Of a stretch of DNA of 64,000 nt, positions 18,655-28,679 are shown piece after piece. Under the pieces are notes generated by a model. The model was not told the origin of the DNA. It saw only the letters and a list, made by a program, of their open reading frames with translations, and ran no database searches. The position numbers and the translations under genes were made by a program. Each line of letters opens with the position of its first letter. The first letter of the stretch is position 1. The DNA is taken from assembly GCA_040285745.1 (NCBI GenBank), contig JAUFOR010000002.1, positions 372,001-436,000 on the forward strand, read 5' to 3'. The DNA is from Barthelona sp. PCE. Its lineage: Eukaryota.

Positions 18655-21600
18655 CTAGTACTCATCCATATTCTCCTTCAGAGTAAACAGGAAGCGACGT
18701 GCACGTTGGTAGGTGAGTGAGGACGGGTCAGGCACAATTGGCATAAACTCCATGTGACTTCCATCGACCTCACATTGAATGAGAAGGATGATTTCAAGAA
18801 CCTGGTCTTGATTGATAGTACGAAGGAAACTTCCTCCGATAAGCGGGTTCTTCCCGTTGAGAACGATAAGAGGGCACCTCAGGATCTCAAGGATAGGGCG
18901 GAACCACAATCCGTCATCTGTTACTCGATCGAATTGGAAAACCTCTGGCTTGTCGCTCAAAACTGACACTACATTCTCCTCAACGAGCTCAACTTCGTCT
19001 TCAGGATAAATAACATCAAGGTCGCTGTCGACATCCAAGCATGAGCTAGGAATTGAGTAAAGTGAACCGTCAATCTCCGCGTCTGGGATATTTCTCTTTG
19101 CAGCCTCTGAAACAGAGGGAGCATTCGAAAAGTTGCGCTCCTGCTGCATAGTGATAACGTTTGCGTTCTGATCGCGGAAGCTCTGACGGCGACTAACCTG
19201 AATATCCCGATCTGCGCCAGGTATGAATGACATACGGCGTGACTGGTTAGTACTGGGCATGCCAGAAGTAAGAGTGCTGGAGCGAGCAACCGAAAGACGT
19301 CTGGCAAAACCTGTCTGGAAACTAGAATTTGGTTTGATACTTGCAAACTCTTTGGGGAACCCATCAAAATACTTGCCTGCCTGTTTGCTAATCGTGTCCC
19401 ATGTTATGAAACGGGAAGGACCGCTCTGAACAATGGTTGTGATGTATCTGTCAAGCAAAAGACTGGGGTGCATCGTTTTAATCAACGATAAAACCGCATA
19501 GATGTTATTCATCTCTGGACTGTTGGTAAGCACTGCAGGTGCGTTAACAATGATAAGACCCTCTGACGGGGCAACGAAGATGCCTGCGTACATACACGAA
19601 CGATCCATTTTGAACGAGCCAGCTGGCTGAAGAGGGACGAAGAAGACCATTGTCTTGAGAGGTTCACTGATCTCTGCCAGGAACTCATGAATGTATGTCT
19701 CAAATACAATATCATCGTAGTTAATTTCAGACGCGAGAGAAAGAACGTCAAGACCAAATGTCTCACCAGCGCGTCGCGGGCTGACAACAAACGTCTGAGG
19801 TCGGGGATCGGAACAGCTGTTCGGAGCAACCACGTGAATGCTCGGAATCGCCATCTTATTTGTTGCTCTCACGAAAGTAGGAACGTCAATTCCTTTTGAA
19901 TTGTTCAAATCCCTCTTGAGCTTGATGACATCGTTTTGCGTCACAATACCGTTCGTCTGCAGTTTGGCAAACATCTCAACAGTGAGCCACATCATGGTCT
20001 TCGTAGCGCGCGTTATGTCATTACCAACAACGCGCGGGATATTCGTAAAGACACACATTGCATTTAACAACAGAGAAAAGTGCGGGGCGAATGACGTGTC
20101 GGGATAAAAGTGCTCGTGGATGAGGTTTATGTTCGATGCCAGCTCTGTGTCGTTTACGAAAGCAGGCGGAAGGCACTGGAAGCGTTCAGCACGTATAATT
20201 GGAACAAGAATTGACTCAAACCATGAGCGTGCAAGAAATGACACTTGGTCTTCCTCCTTGATAAAGTATTCGGCATCGACAGAGCTCCTAAGATCATCAA
20301 GCATGATGACAAGCTGACGGAATGGGTTTTGTGCAACATTAATTGAATCTATGTCGTGATCTTCAATGACCAAACCCTTCGTTGCGTTAGCCTCGTCTTC
20401 ACTGTCATCATACAGTGCCTTTCTGAATGCTGCAGCCTCTTCCTTGAGCTTGCGCTCATGGTCTGCGAGATAAGCGGCCTCATCTGGAGAAATTGGTAGG
20501 TCGTTACGGTCCTTGATCTTTCGCCTGTTACGGAAGAAAGGCGTGTAGTATAAAAGGTTATACATGACAGCGAGCATACGGAATACGAGGATCATGTATC
20601 TATAGAAGGGGAAAGTGATAACTGTTGGGAATTCAGCACGGAGATCGGGTCTGTTACGGAGTGTCCAGTAATTAAACAAACACAAGATGCAAATGTAAAT
20701 CAGATACAGCGAAGTGAGTCCAATAAAGAACGTGAGGGGGTTCACCCACACGAGATACGCCACCAAAAATAGACGAACCCAATCCATAATGGACGTCCAC
20801 AGCTCGTACATTAAGAACGGCTTGAGGATAAGCGTATTTCTTCTCCAGTAGAACAAAATCAGATATATAAAGATTGGAATAAATCGATGCGCAGTAGGAT
20901 CCCAGGATCTGACACGCTGTCTCAGAAGAGAGTACTCACCACATCGACACCACAGGGTCTTTCTGCATATTGCATGATCAGGAACGGTGGTTGGGACACA
21001 CACAGTGCCAACACATTCCATTCTGTAGTTCTTGTTCAAACCCTGAAGGAGGATACCCATCTGCAAATCTTCACCATTGAACGTCTGGTTGTGACGAGCA
21101 AATACCTCCAGCAATACTTCACGCTCCCACATTGCGACAGCGCCGTGTGCAGAGAGAGAACTACCCAGAAGACATTGGAACATTTTGATGAACCCAGCGA
21201 GTTTGTACTCGAGATCCTGATAATGTGCAACGAGGATAGGCTTACCCTTGTCATCAAACTTATTATCAGCAGAAATTGTGAATGCCAGTGCTTTGGTAAC
21301 ACCGTCTTCCATCTTATGCGTTGGAATAGCAATATCAGGCGGTAGCATAACATCGTCATCAGTCATCATGACGTACTTCTCCTTAACAATGTATCGAGTC
21401 GTCCACCAAAAAGATGTTGTCTTGTTACCCTCTGGCACCCAAATATAGTTGATAGAATTATCTTCACTATAAGACATACCATGCTGCTTACAATATGACC
21501 TCGAAAGGCGCTGACAAACCAACTTTGTGTTGTCTAATGGAACAGGCGAGTTGGCGTTATCACATATGTAAATCTTGTTAGGTTTAAACACTTGTAGCGC

Positions 21601-24600
21601 TGCGTGTAGCGTAGCTTCTACAGTTTCTTCTGATCTGTGACAAGCAATAAGCAGACAGCCGTCTTCAAGTTTTGTTTCACGTTCTTGCCTGGCAAGCATA
21701 CGCGCTCGATCAGATTCTGCTGGTAAATTCGGCCAATCACAGAAATACAGAGCCATAAACATCAAACCGAACTCAACCAACCAGATAAGGAAGTAAGTCC
21801 ATGATGTACGCTCATTCCAGAATGATATAAGCTCAGTGGGCGCTGGAGCTACGAAATAAAAGAAAAGAAATATAAGAATGTAAAAAATGTAGTAACCAAT
21901 TGCAACGAACCACTTCTCGAATCTCTGGCCCTTGGTCTTGAGCTCGTGGAGATCGTACTCAATGTGCTTGAGAACAAAGTGATGTGAAGGAAGCACAATG
22001 GATCGTTGTTCCAGTTCTGCCTCGATGAAGGAGATCAAATCACGGTTTCCACGACCCTGTGCCATGTATACCTCCTTTGTGATCTTCCAAAGATTCACAA
22101 AGTCCTCAACTGGTACAGAAATAATGCAAAAAATTGTTAATAGCTCACGACAGTATTGGAGTGACATCTGAGGTAGCTGACCATCTGCAGTGTAATCAAT
22201 AAGGTACTGAAGTACCATAGGAAGATACGTGTGCTTATTGAGGATTTGAAGATAGTCCTGGTACTTTTTGGGAGACTTAAGAGGCGCACAAGCGTCGTAC
22301 TCCATGAAAATTCCATGGAAGCGCATCTCCTGATCAACCTTTCTGTAAAGTGAGAATAAGTACTTGTACGCCTTCGATTCTAGTACAGCACGCTGCTGGA
22401 ATGCAACACTTCGCCATTCCTCGAGTGTCTTTACGATCGCAATGATAACAGCAGAGGGTTTGGGCTCTCTTGGGTCCATCTCAATCGGGCGGCAGTCCAA
22501 AGTCTTGGTGAGAACATCCACGGCTTCCTGGAATTTCTGTTCATTACGCTTCTTCATGGCAATAATGTGCTGAAGATCAGCATACTGGATCCAGACATCA
22601 ACATAATTTGGATCAGTCTCAAACTTCTCAACGATCTTCTTCTTCTTATAGCGCTCAAACTTTTTAACATGAATTGAACGGTAGAGATCAAGAGATCGCT
22701 TAAGAATCATCGCTGCATCAGATTCAGACTTGTGCTGAAGGAATATCGATACATATTCTGCATTCAACGCAAAAATACGTTGAGGAATTGCACGACTAAG
22801 ATTCTCCTTTTGCATCTGAAGGTTATAGAAGTAACGAATATGAGAAAGAATATCCGTCTGAAGGCGATCTATCAAGTCGTTAAGAATCACAAACAAGATA
22901 TGGTTCTCACTCAGTGAGAACTCCCTTATGTAACGAATGAGCTCGGCATTAAGGAAGCCAAGATACTCGTACGGATTCTCACTGTGTGTACATAAATCAT
23001 TAAGACACTCCCAAATATCGGTGAAGAACGAATCTTTAGGCTTGAGTACCACAATGGAGTAATCCAGGCATTCCAATAGAAGCTGTTTTGCCAGATCAAC
23101 CAGATCATTCTCCTTATACAGCAATGCGAGCTCGAAACATGAATAAATAAACAATGGATGCATATGGAGCAGCTCACGGACCATATCGATGTCGAAAAGA
23201 TCGTTAAAGTTGATCTCAACACCAGTTAACCCCAATTGATTGGGTTGTGGAATGTTCTGCTGCTTAGGAAGGAGCGATTCGATATCTACACTTTCTCCCA
23301 TTTGCATATGACCGTCGTTCATGTCATGTCCCTCGTCTTCAAGCTGTTTCATCGTGTTAAACACGTTTCCACCTGCTCCAATCGAGTCTTTCTTCCCAGC
23401 CATAACCATACCGACCAAGTCCTTGACGTTATCAATCTTCAGTGAATTGAAGTTCATCGACTTACGGATCGCGCTCATGTTCTGTGCTATCTCCTCTTGG
23501 ATATCCAACTCATCAGAATCAATCTCAGAACCGCTGTAGTAAGTTGAGGGTTCCGGAGAGTCGAGGATGGACATTCGACGTTCAGTGTTTAGTTGCCCAA
23601 ATATTGTGCCACGGCGACTTTCCTTCCAGTTTTGGGCCTCAACTGAGAGCTGAGGCATTTCGGTGTTGTTAACGTTCAGATCAACACCACTCTCTGTGAC
23701 ATGATCGTTCATCTTGGCAGCAACAGGTGCAAAGATGGAACGACGACGACGCTGCAGGTTCGCAACACCGTTTCCGAATGGGTTACTGTTCACCGAAAGT
23801 TTCTTTGTGTACTGGGATGGTTGTGGTTCGTCTGCTGGAAGCTCGCCTTCCGACATACTCTCATACTCGTCCGGTCCGTTTTCCGAGTTTTCCGCATATT
23901 GTGACGGGTTGTTGATGTTCTGCTGACGCTGACGCTGCAACATAACGAACTGGCGCAAAGGAGTTGCATCTGCGGTTGACTTCAACGAATCGCCCTTTAT
24001 GAGTGTGTTCTCTGTTGCAGTTTTGAGCGCTGCTGCGATGGATTTCCTACGTATCATATCCTTAGATTTGGGAATACTCTGCATCGTCTGCATAGCATCG
24101 AACTCTTTTGCCACAAGGTGAATTTCCTCACTGATCATCGTAGATGGGTTAATCTCGTTACCTAATGTGTAACCAGCAGTAGAGTCGTCAATTTCAAACT
24201 CTTCACCGAACTCATAGTCAAACTCCTCCTCCTCTGCCTCATCAAAATTATCCTCAAGATTGAACTCTCCAGCTTCTAGTTGGTGAATCTTCATAATCTC
24301 CTGTAGCTCTTTAGTCTGTTTAGTGTAAAAGAAATCAGCAAAGACCATCTCAAAGAATTGTTTTTGATACTTAACAGGAAACTTTTTAATTTCTGCAATA
24401 ACCAAAAATATGGCATTTAAATATTTTCCATTCCGGACCTTTGAAACCTTGGACGCATTTTTGATAAGGAACTTATAATTTGACTCCTTTAACGGGAAAT
24501 CCTCATATAATCCCATCAAAGGTTGAATCGATTTCGGACGTAATCTATAACAATCAGCAAGAAACTGGAAACTGGCAGAGATATCACAGAATCGCTTTTC

Positions 24601-27600
24601 GATCTCTTCTTCTGTAACCATATTCTTAACAATACTCAAGTCCTTATTGGTAAATATGTTACGATCAATAGCAATGGGCATGTCCATGTCATCGTCTACC
24701 TTCTTGCCACGGCGCAGGCGCTCGGTGCTGAGATGATTCAAATAAAAGCGTGAACGTGCAGCGATCAGGCATACAATCTGAACTAAAGCAGTCCACACAC
24801 GAATGTAAACATCCTTCTTACTCAGCACGTTGGATATCTCAAGTGTGTCCTCCAACACGTGCTTTGCCTGTATAAGCTGACCTTCCTGGACTAACGTAAC
24901 TGCATATGTCCTGTTAATCATGCAAATTTCAGCCAAACATTTCTCCACTGTCTTGAGCTCAGATGAGTTTACCATGTCGCTCGACTCGCGGAGATCATCC
25001 AAAAGCTGTGGAAGTTGCTCAAACGGGTTGTCGGAAACTGCCTCACTTGACATCTGATAGAATACGGAGAGCGCCCGTTGCAGGAGGTAAAGCTGACGGT
25101 CCATGTGATCTATGGGTCGATCGAGCTGCATCTTGGCGTAATTAGCCTTGATCTGCCTTGTTAACGAGGGAGAAATGGTGAATAGCTCCACAGCATCAAT
25201 CCACTCGCGGTCCTTGTCACTCATTTCGTTGTTCAGGAAACCACCAGCGAGGTACGGTACAGTCTGTACGCCAGCAGAACCGCATGCCTGACGAAGCATG
25301 TCAAAAAGTTTCGATTTTGAATATCTGAAGGACATACTCGTGAAAAGAACGCGCCATGTATCAGAGATACGTTTCTCAAGAGCCATACATGACTTTGTGA
25401 TGTCGTCGATGATGTACACTTGGTATTCATACCATATCTTATACTCCTCATGTTCAGCTGAAAGCCGTTCAACATAACCATTTTCTTTTGCCTCCACACC
25501 CTCAGGGATGACGTTCATGGGGGCATCACGCTGTTCCAATTCAAAACGAAGATCATCGCGTGTTTGTTGCGTTTGTTGAAGAAATTGCAAAAAAAAAGAG
25601 ATTGATTGGACAGAAAAGTTAAAAGCTAGCTCATTTGCCTCGCGATCAAGTGCCAACTCACCAAGGAACATACATATATCACCAAAGAAAAGAGGCAGTT
25701 CAAACACTGAACTGACAGAATACAGTAGCTCAAAGTACTTATCATACTGGCGCTCCATCCACACGCTGAACGAGTCATAGAAGGAACGGTTGGCAGGCGA
25801 CATCTCAGCAATATCCTTTCGTCTATTCTCAAGGTATCGCTTCGAAGTTAGTGAATTGTAATCGAATCCTGGCACACAGCTGAGTCTACGTGTTGTTGAA
25901 ATAATGTTTTTGTAGATTGATGAATGAAATGGAGTTGAAATTGGAATGGACTTCAGGAAGATTGCAAACTTCTCAGAAAAAATCTCTTCAAATGCCAAGC
26001 CCTTGGTGAATTTCTCGTTCAGGGACATAAGCATCACATCTACGTGGGTAGAATACAGCAAATTGAACTTCTCATCATAGAAATCCGGTTCAATGGTTAA
26101 TTTCAATGCAGGGTCCATAATGCGCAATAATGCCTTGTATTTAGGGGAGCTGTTGCGCTGCCTGTGCATCTTAGAACGAACCAAGCCAACCGAAACATCA
26201 ACTAAGGCGTCCCATGCGCGTTTCTCAAGTTGTAAAGTAATGCCAAAGAACTCGTCATGAGCCTCTGCCGTCTTTTGTGTCAGAAGATTGAGGTCCTCGT
26301 CAATAAAAACAATATGAGGATACTCGCCAATAATCTTCAAAAGATCAGAGTCCGAACCGGCTTTTTCGATAGAGACGACAGTGATATCTCCTTGTGACTC
26401 TGGAAAGAGTGCCTTGCGGAGGGTCCTGCGGAGTAAAACTGACTCTTGGAGGAGATAATGAGCGAAACTTGCTTCCCCATACGTGAGGAATAACTTGGCG
26501 AATAGTTCATTAATGAGAGCTATTTTCTTCGAAACATAAACTATCTTGACACGCTCATCGATCTTTATATCCATAAAGGATTCGGGTACACTAAATGACA
26601 TAGAATCATCATCGATGACAGGCGACTGTGGTTGTATCTCTGAAATAAGCTGATGCACTTGTGTTCTGTACACGCTTCGCAGCGCCTCATCGTAATCCTG
26701 TTTAAGTTGCAATCTGTCAATCTCTCTCCTTAAGAAATTCTTCGAATGTGAAGATTTCGAATTCATTGAAAGGAAACCTTGAATCTCAGAGATATCAAGC
26801 TCATTCAGTGCGCTGGGAATTTCAACCTGACTTGATGAATCAGTGATAATTGTTGCATTGTCATTGGCGAGATTTGTCTGGAAAAGACCAGCATCGTTAA
26901 AGAACTCATGCCAAGTCTTGCTCTTGTGACCGTTCGAAATGTCTGTTCCGGACTGGCTCATGTACCCACCATCAGTAATCACAGAATCCATCACATTAAT
27001 GTGCTCAGATCCCTCTTTTGAAATCTGAGCGTTAATACGGTTGTACATAGCACCAAGCATTGTTGTGCTATCTCTGTCGGTCTTATGTGCCTCCTCTGTG
27101 ATATCCACGTTTTCAAGCATCTTTTGGACATTAGTAGTAATGTCAATCTTATTACCTCCGATAGCCATGGCCTCGGCCATTTTTTCTTCATCGATATGTT
27201 CCGCCATATCGTCAAGTTTCTCAATTTTCTTCTTGATGGCTGACCACCTTCTGCTCTCACGACGTGAACGAGATACGTGCTCATCCTCGCTGGACTCCTC
27301 CTTCAGTGCTGGCATGAGGTTCATAGGAGTCTCTTTGACACCAGCAACAGCGTTAACCCATGAATTACCAATCTTACGAGAGGCACGTGAGCTTGATCTC
27401 CAACCCTTATCAGATTTCTTTATGACCGGAGTTAAATTCGAACTGTCGCTGAATTCACTGGCGCTAAGGATTTCTTGAGCGCTGTTAAGATCCTCCAAAT
27501 GAAGATCCTCTTCACTGCTGTTGTCTTGAAGTGCTTGGTTCATTCGCTCAATGAGTCCTCCATCTACATTATCTAAATCATCTATTTTGCATACTTCATG

Positions 27601-28215
27601 GACGTTCTTATCAACCTCACTGTAGAACTGATACCCGCCCGAAAAGACAGAGTTCTTACGCTTATGATCGATCTTCTCTGACTTGAGATACTGACTATCA
27701 AGTGTATCGACGTTATCCAGCATAGCTGTCAAATTATCGAGATCATCAAACTCCCCTGATCCTTCTTCCCCACCAAAGTTGGCCACATCGTCCACTGAAT
27801 CCAGTGGGGTCCCGATGTTGGGTGGTGAAAACGTTGTCTGCTGTAAAGAAGGAAGATTTGTTGACAACGGTGAATCCATCGTCACATTGGTGTTGAGCTT
27901 ATGTGATGGATTCATAATATTGGTGGTCACCGAATCGGGTCTGCCCTGCCGAGAAAATGGCTTGCTTAAATCCATTATCGGTTGATCTAGCATATAATCT
28001 GAATCATCTGTTTCTTCGTCCTCCGAGAAGGTTTCTTCTGGAATAGACATGATAACAGCTGAACCTCCGGACTCTAGCGGCGACATAGAGACCGGGCGAG
28101 AATTAGATGCGCTTGAATTGTTTGATAAAAGACCCGCATTATGCGCAGCAAAGTTGACATGGTCAAAATTTGTGCTGTCGTTGAAATTGTTACCGTTAAA
28201 GTTTGGTAATGACAT
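18655..28215 (-). CDS. 3186-aa giant protein: acidic disordered regions, TPR-like helical blocks, membrane-embedded processive GT2 glycosyltransferase module and a C-terminal domain
   Basis: Uninterrupted 9.56-kb ORF. GT2 motifs in canonical order: LLIACH, ICDN, GNKT, TDDDV (DxD, 21352-21360), QDLEY, HGAVAMW, GED (21067-21075), QRVRSW (20902-20919). Two TM helices precede and 3-4 follow the catalytic domain. Confidence 0.85.
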   Translation of the reverse strand: MSLPNFNGNNFNDSTNFDHVNFAAHNAGLLSNNSSASNSRPVSMSPLESGGSAVIMSIPEETFSEDEETDDSDYMLDQPIMDLSKPFSRQGRPDSVTTNIMNPSHKLNTNVTMDSPLSTNLPSLQQTTFSPPNIGTPLDSVDDVANFGGEEGSGEFDDLDNLTAMLDNVDTLDSQYLKSEKIDHKRKNSVFSGGYQFYSEVDKNVHEVCKIDDLDNVDGGLIERMNQALQDNSSEEDLHLEDLNSAQEILSASEFSDSSNLTPVIKKSDKGWRSSSRASRKIGNSWVNAVAGVKETPMNLMPALKEESSEDEHVSRSRRESRRWSAIKKKIEKLDDMAEHIDEEKMAEAMAIGGNKIDITTNVQKMLENVDITEEAHKTDRDSTTMLGAMYNRINAQISKEGSEHINVMDSVITDGGYMSQSGTDISNGHKSKTWHEFFNDAGLFQTNLANDNATIITDSSSQVEIPSALNELDISEIQGFLSMNSKSSHSKNFLRREIDRLQLKQDYDEALRSVYRTQVHQLISEIQPQSPVIDDDSMSFSVPESFMDIKIDERVKIVYVSKKIALINELFAKLFLTYGEASFAHYLLQESVLLRRTLRKALFPESQGDITVVSIEKAGSDSDLLKIIGEYPHIVFIDEDLNLLTQKTAEAHDEFFGITLQLEKRAWDALVDVSVGLVRSKMHRQRNSSPKYKALLRIMDPALKLTIEPDFYDEKFNLLYSTHVDVMLMSLNEKFTKGLAFEEIFSEKFAIFLKSIPISTPFHSSIYKNIISTTRRLSCVPGFDYNSLTSKRYLENRRKDIAEMSPANRSFYDSFSVWMERQYDKYFELLYSVSSVFELPLFFGDICMFLGELALDREANELAFNFSVQSISFFLQFLQQTQQTRDDLRFELEQRDAPMNVIPEGVEAKENGYVERLSAEHEEYKIWYEYQVYIIDDITKSCMALEKRISDTWRVLFTSMSFRYSKSKLFDMLRQACGSAGVQTVPYLAGGFLNNEMSDKDREWIDAVELFTISPSLTRQIKANYAKMQLDRPIDHMDRQLYLLQRALSVFYQMSSEAVSDNPFEQLPQLLDDLRESSDMVNSSELKTVEKCLAEICMINRTYAVTLVQEGQLIQAKHVLEDTLEISNVLSKKDVYIRVWTALVQIVCLIAARSRFYLNHLSTERLRRGKKVDDDMDMPIAIDRNIFTNKDLSIVKNMVTEEEIEKRFCDISASFQFLADCYRLRPKSIQPLMGLYEDFPLKESNYKFLIKNASKVSKVRNGKYLNAIFLVIAEIKKFPVKYQKQFFEMVFADFFYTKQTKELQEIMKIHQLEAGEFNLEDNFDEAEEEEFDYEFGEEFEIDDSTAGYTLGNEINPSTMISEEIHLVAKEFDAMQTMQSIPKSKDMIRRKSIAAALKTATENTLIKGDSLKSTADATPLRQFVMLQRQRQQNINNPSQYAENSENGPDEYESMSEGELPADEPQPSQYTKKLSVNSNPFGNGVANLQRRRRSIFAPVAAKMNDHVTESGVDLNVNNTEMPQLSVEAQNWKESRRGTIFGQLNTERRMSILDSPEPSTYYSGSEIDSDELDIQEEIAQNMSAIRKSMNFNSLKIDNVKDLVGMVMAGKKDSIGAGGNVFNTMKQLEDEGHDMNDGHMQMGESVDIESLLPKQQNIPQPNQLGLTGVEINFNDLFDIDMVRELLHMHPLFIYSCFELALLYKENDLVDLAKQLLLECLDYSIVVLKPKDSFFTDIWECLNDLCTHSENPYEYLGFLNAELIRYIREFSLSENHILFVILNDLIDRLQTDILSHIRYFYNLQMQKENLSRAIPQRIFALNAEYVSIFLQHKSESDAAMILKRSLDLYRSIHVKKFERYKKKKIVEKFETDPNYVDVWIQYADLQHIIAMKKRNEQKFQEAVDVLTKTLDCRPIEMDPREPKPSAVIIAIVKTLEEWRSVAFQQRAVLESKAYKYLFSLYRKVDQEMRFHGIFMEYDACAPLKSPKKYQDYLQILNKHTYLPMVLQYLIDYTADGQLPQMSLQYCRELLTIFCIISVPVEDFVNLWKITKEVYMAQGRGNRDLISFIEAELEQRSIVLPSHHFVLKHIEYDLHELKTKGQRFEKWFVAIGYYIFYILIFLFFYFVAPAPTELISFWNERTSWTYFLIWLVEFGLMFMALYFCDWPNLPAESDRARMLARQERETKLEDGCLLIACHRSEETVEATLHAALQVFKPNKIYICDNANSPVPLDNTKLVCQRLSRSYCKQHGMSYSEDNSINYIWVPEGNKTTSFWWTTRYIVKEKYVMMTDDDVMLPPDIAIPTHKMEDGVTKALAFTISADNKFDDKGKPILVAHYQDLEYKLAGFIKMFQCLLGSSLSAHGAVAMWEREVLLEVFARHNQTFNGEDLQMGILLQGLNKNYRMECVGTVCVPTTVPDHAICRKTLWCRCGEYSLLRQRVRSWDPTAHRFIPIFIYLILFYWRRNTLILKPFLMYELWTSIMDWVRLFLVAYLVWVNPLTFFIGLTSLYLIYICILCLFNYWTLRNRPDLRAEFPTVITFPFYRYMILVFRMLAVMYNLLYYTPFFRNRRKIKDRNDLPISPDEAAYLADHERKLKEEAAAFRKALYDDSEDEANATKGLVIEDHDIDSINVAQNPFRQLVIMLDDLRSSVDAEYFIKEEDQVSFLARSWFESILVPIIRAERFQCLPPAFVNDTELASNINLIHEHFYPDTSFAPHFSLLLNAMCVFTNIPRVVGNDITRATKTMMWLTVEMFAKLQTNGIVTQNDVIKLKRDLNNSKGIDVPTFVRATNKMAIPSIHVVAPNSCSDPRPQTFVVSPRRAGETFGLDVLSLASEINYDDIVFETYIHEFLAEISEPLKTMVFFVPLQPAGSFKMDRSCMYAGIFVAPSEGLIIVNAPAVLTNSPEMNNIYAVLSLIKTMHPSLLLDRYITTIVQSGPSRFITWDTISKQAGKYFDGFPKEFASIKPNSSFQTGFARRLSVARSSTLTSGMPSTNQSRRMSFIPGADRDIQVSRRQSFRDQNANVITMQQERNFSNAPSVSEAAKRNIPDAEIDGSLYSIPSSCLDVDSDLDVIYPEDEVELVEENVVSVLSDKPEVFQFDRVTDDGLWFRPILEILRCPLIVLNGKNPLIGGSFLRTINQDQVLEIILLIQCEVDGSHMEFMPIVPDPSSLTYQRARRFLFTLKENMDEY

Positions 28216-28679
28216 GCAACATATGAAGGTAAAAGTAATAAAAATTAAACAAGAGCTTTGTTGGATCTGCCGCTTTCCCTGAACTCAATAGATCTAAAAC
28301 TCGTTTTCAGCTGGTTAAAAACTTGTAAATATCTTATATAGTGAATATTAGTTGAACAGTTTTCAGTGCCAAACATAGAATTTTATGATTTACATCAATT
28401 TATGTGGATTTACAGACATACAATGAATCCGAAAGCTAATTTTACTCGCAGAAAATCCGCTACAACAGTTACACATAGCGAACCATAAACACAAAATTTT
28501 TAAGGAACCTTTTAGGTTAATGAATCTCAATTCTGGGTGCTTTGGGTATCGTTGAGCTTCGCTAGCATCATTGTAATAAGAATAAAAAGGCAATTCACAT
28601 AAAAAAATTTGTTTTCGTCCAAATTACCTTTTCCGTTTGTTTGCTTTGTACCACACAGGTTACCCATAGATCATAGGCA

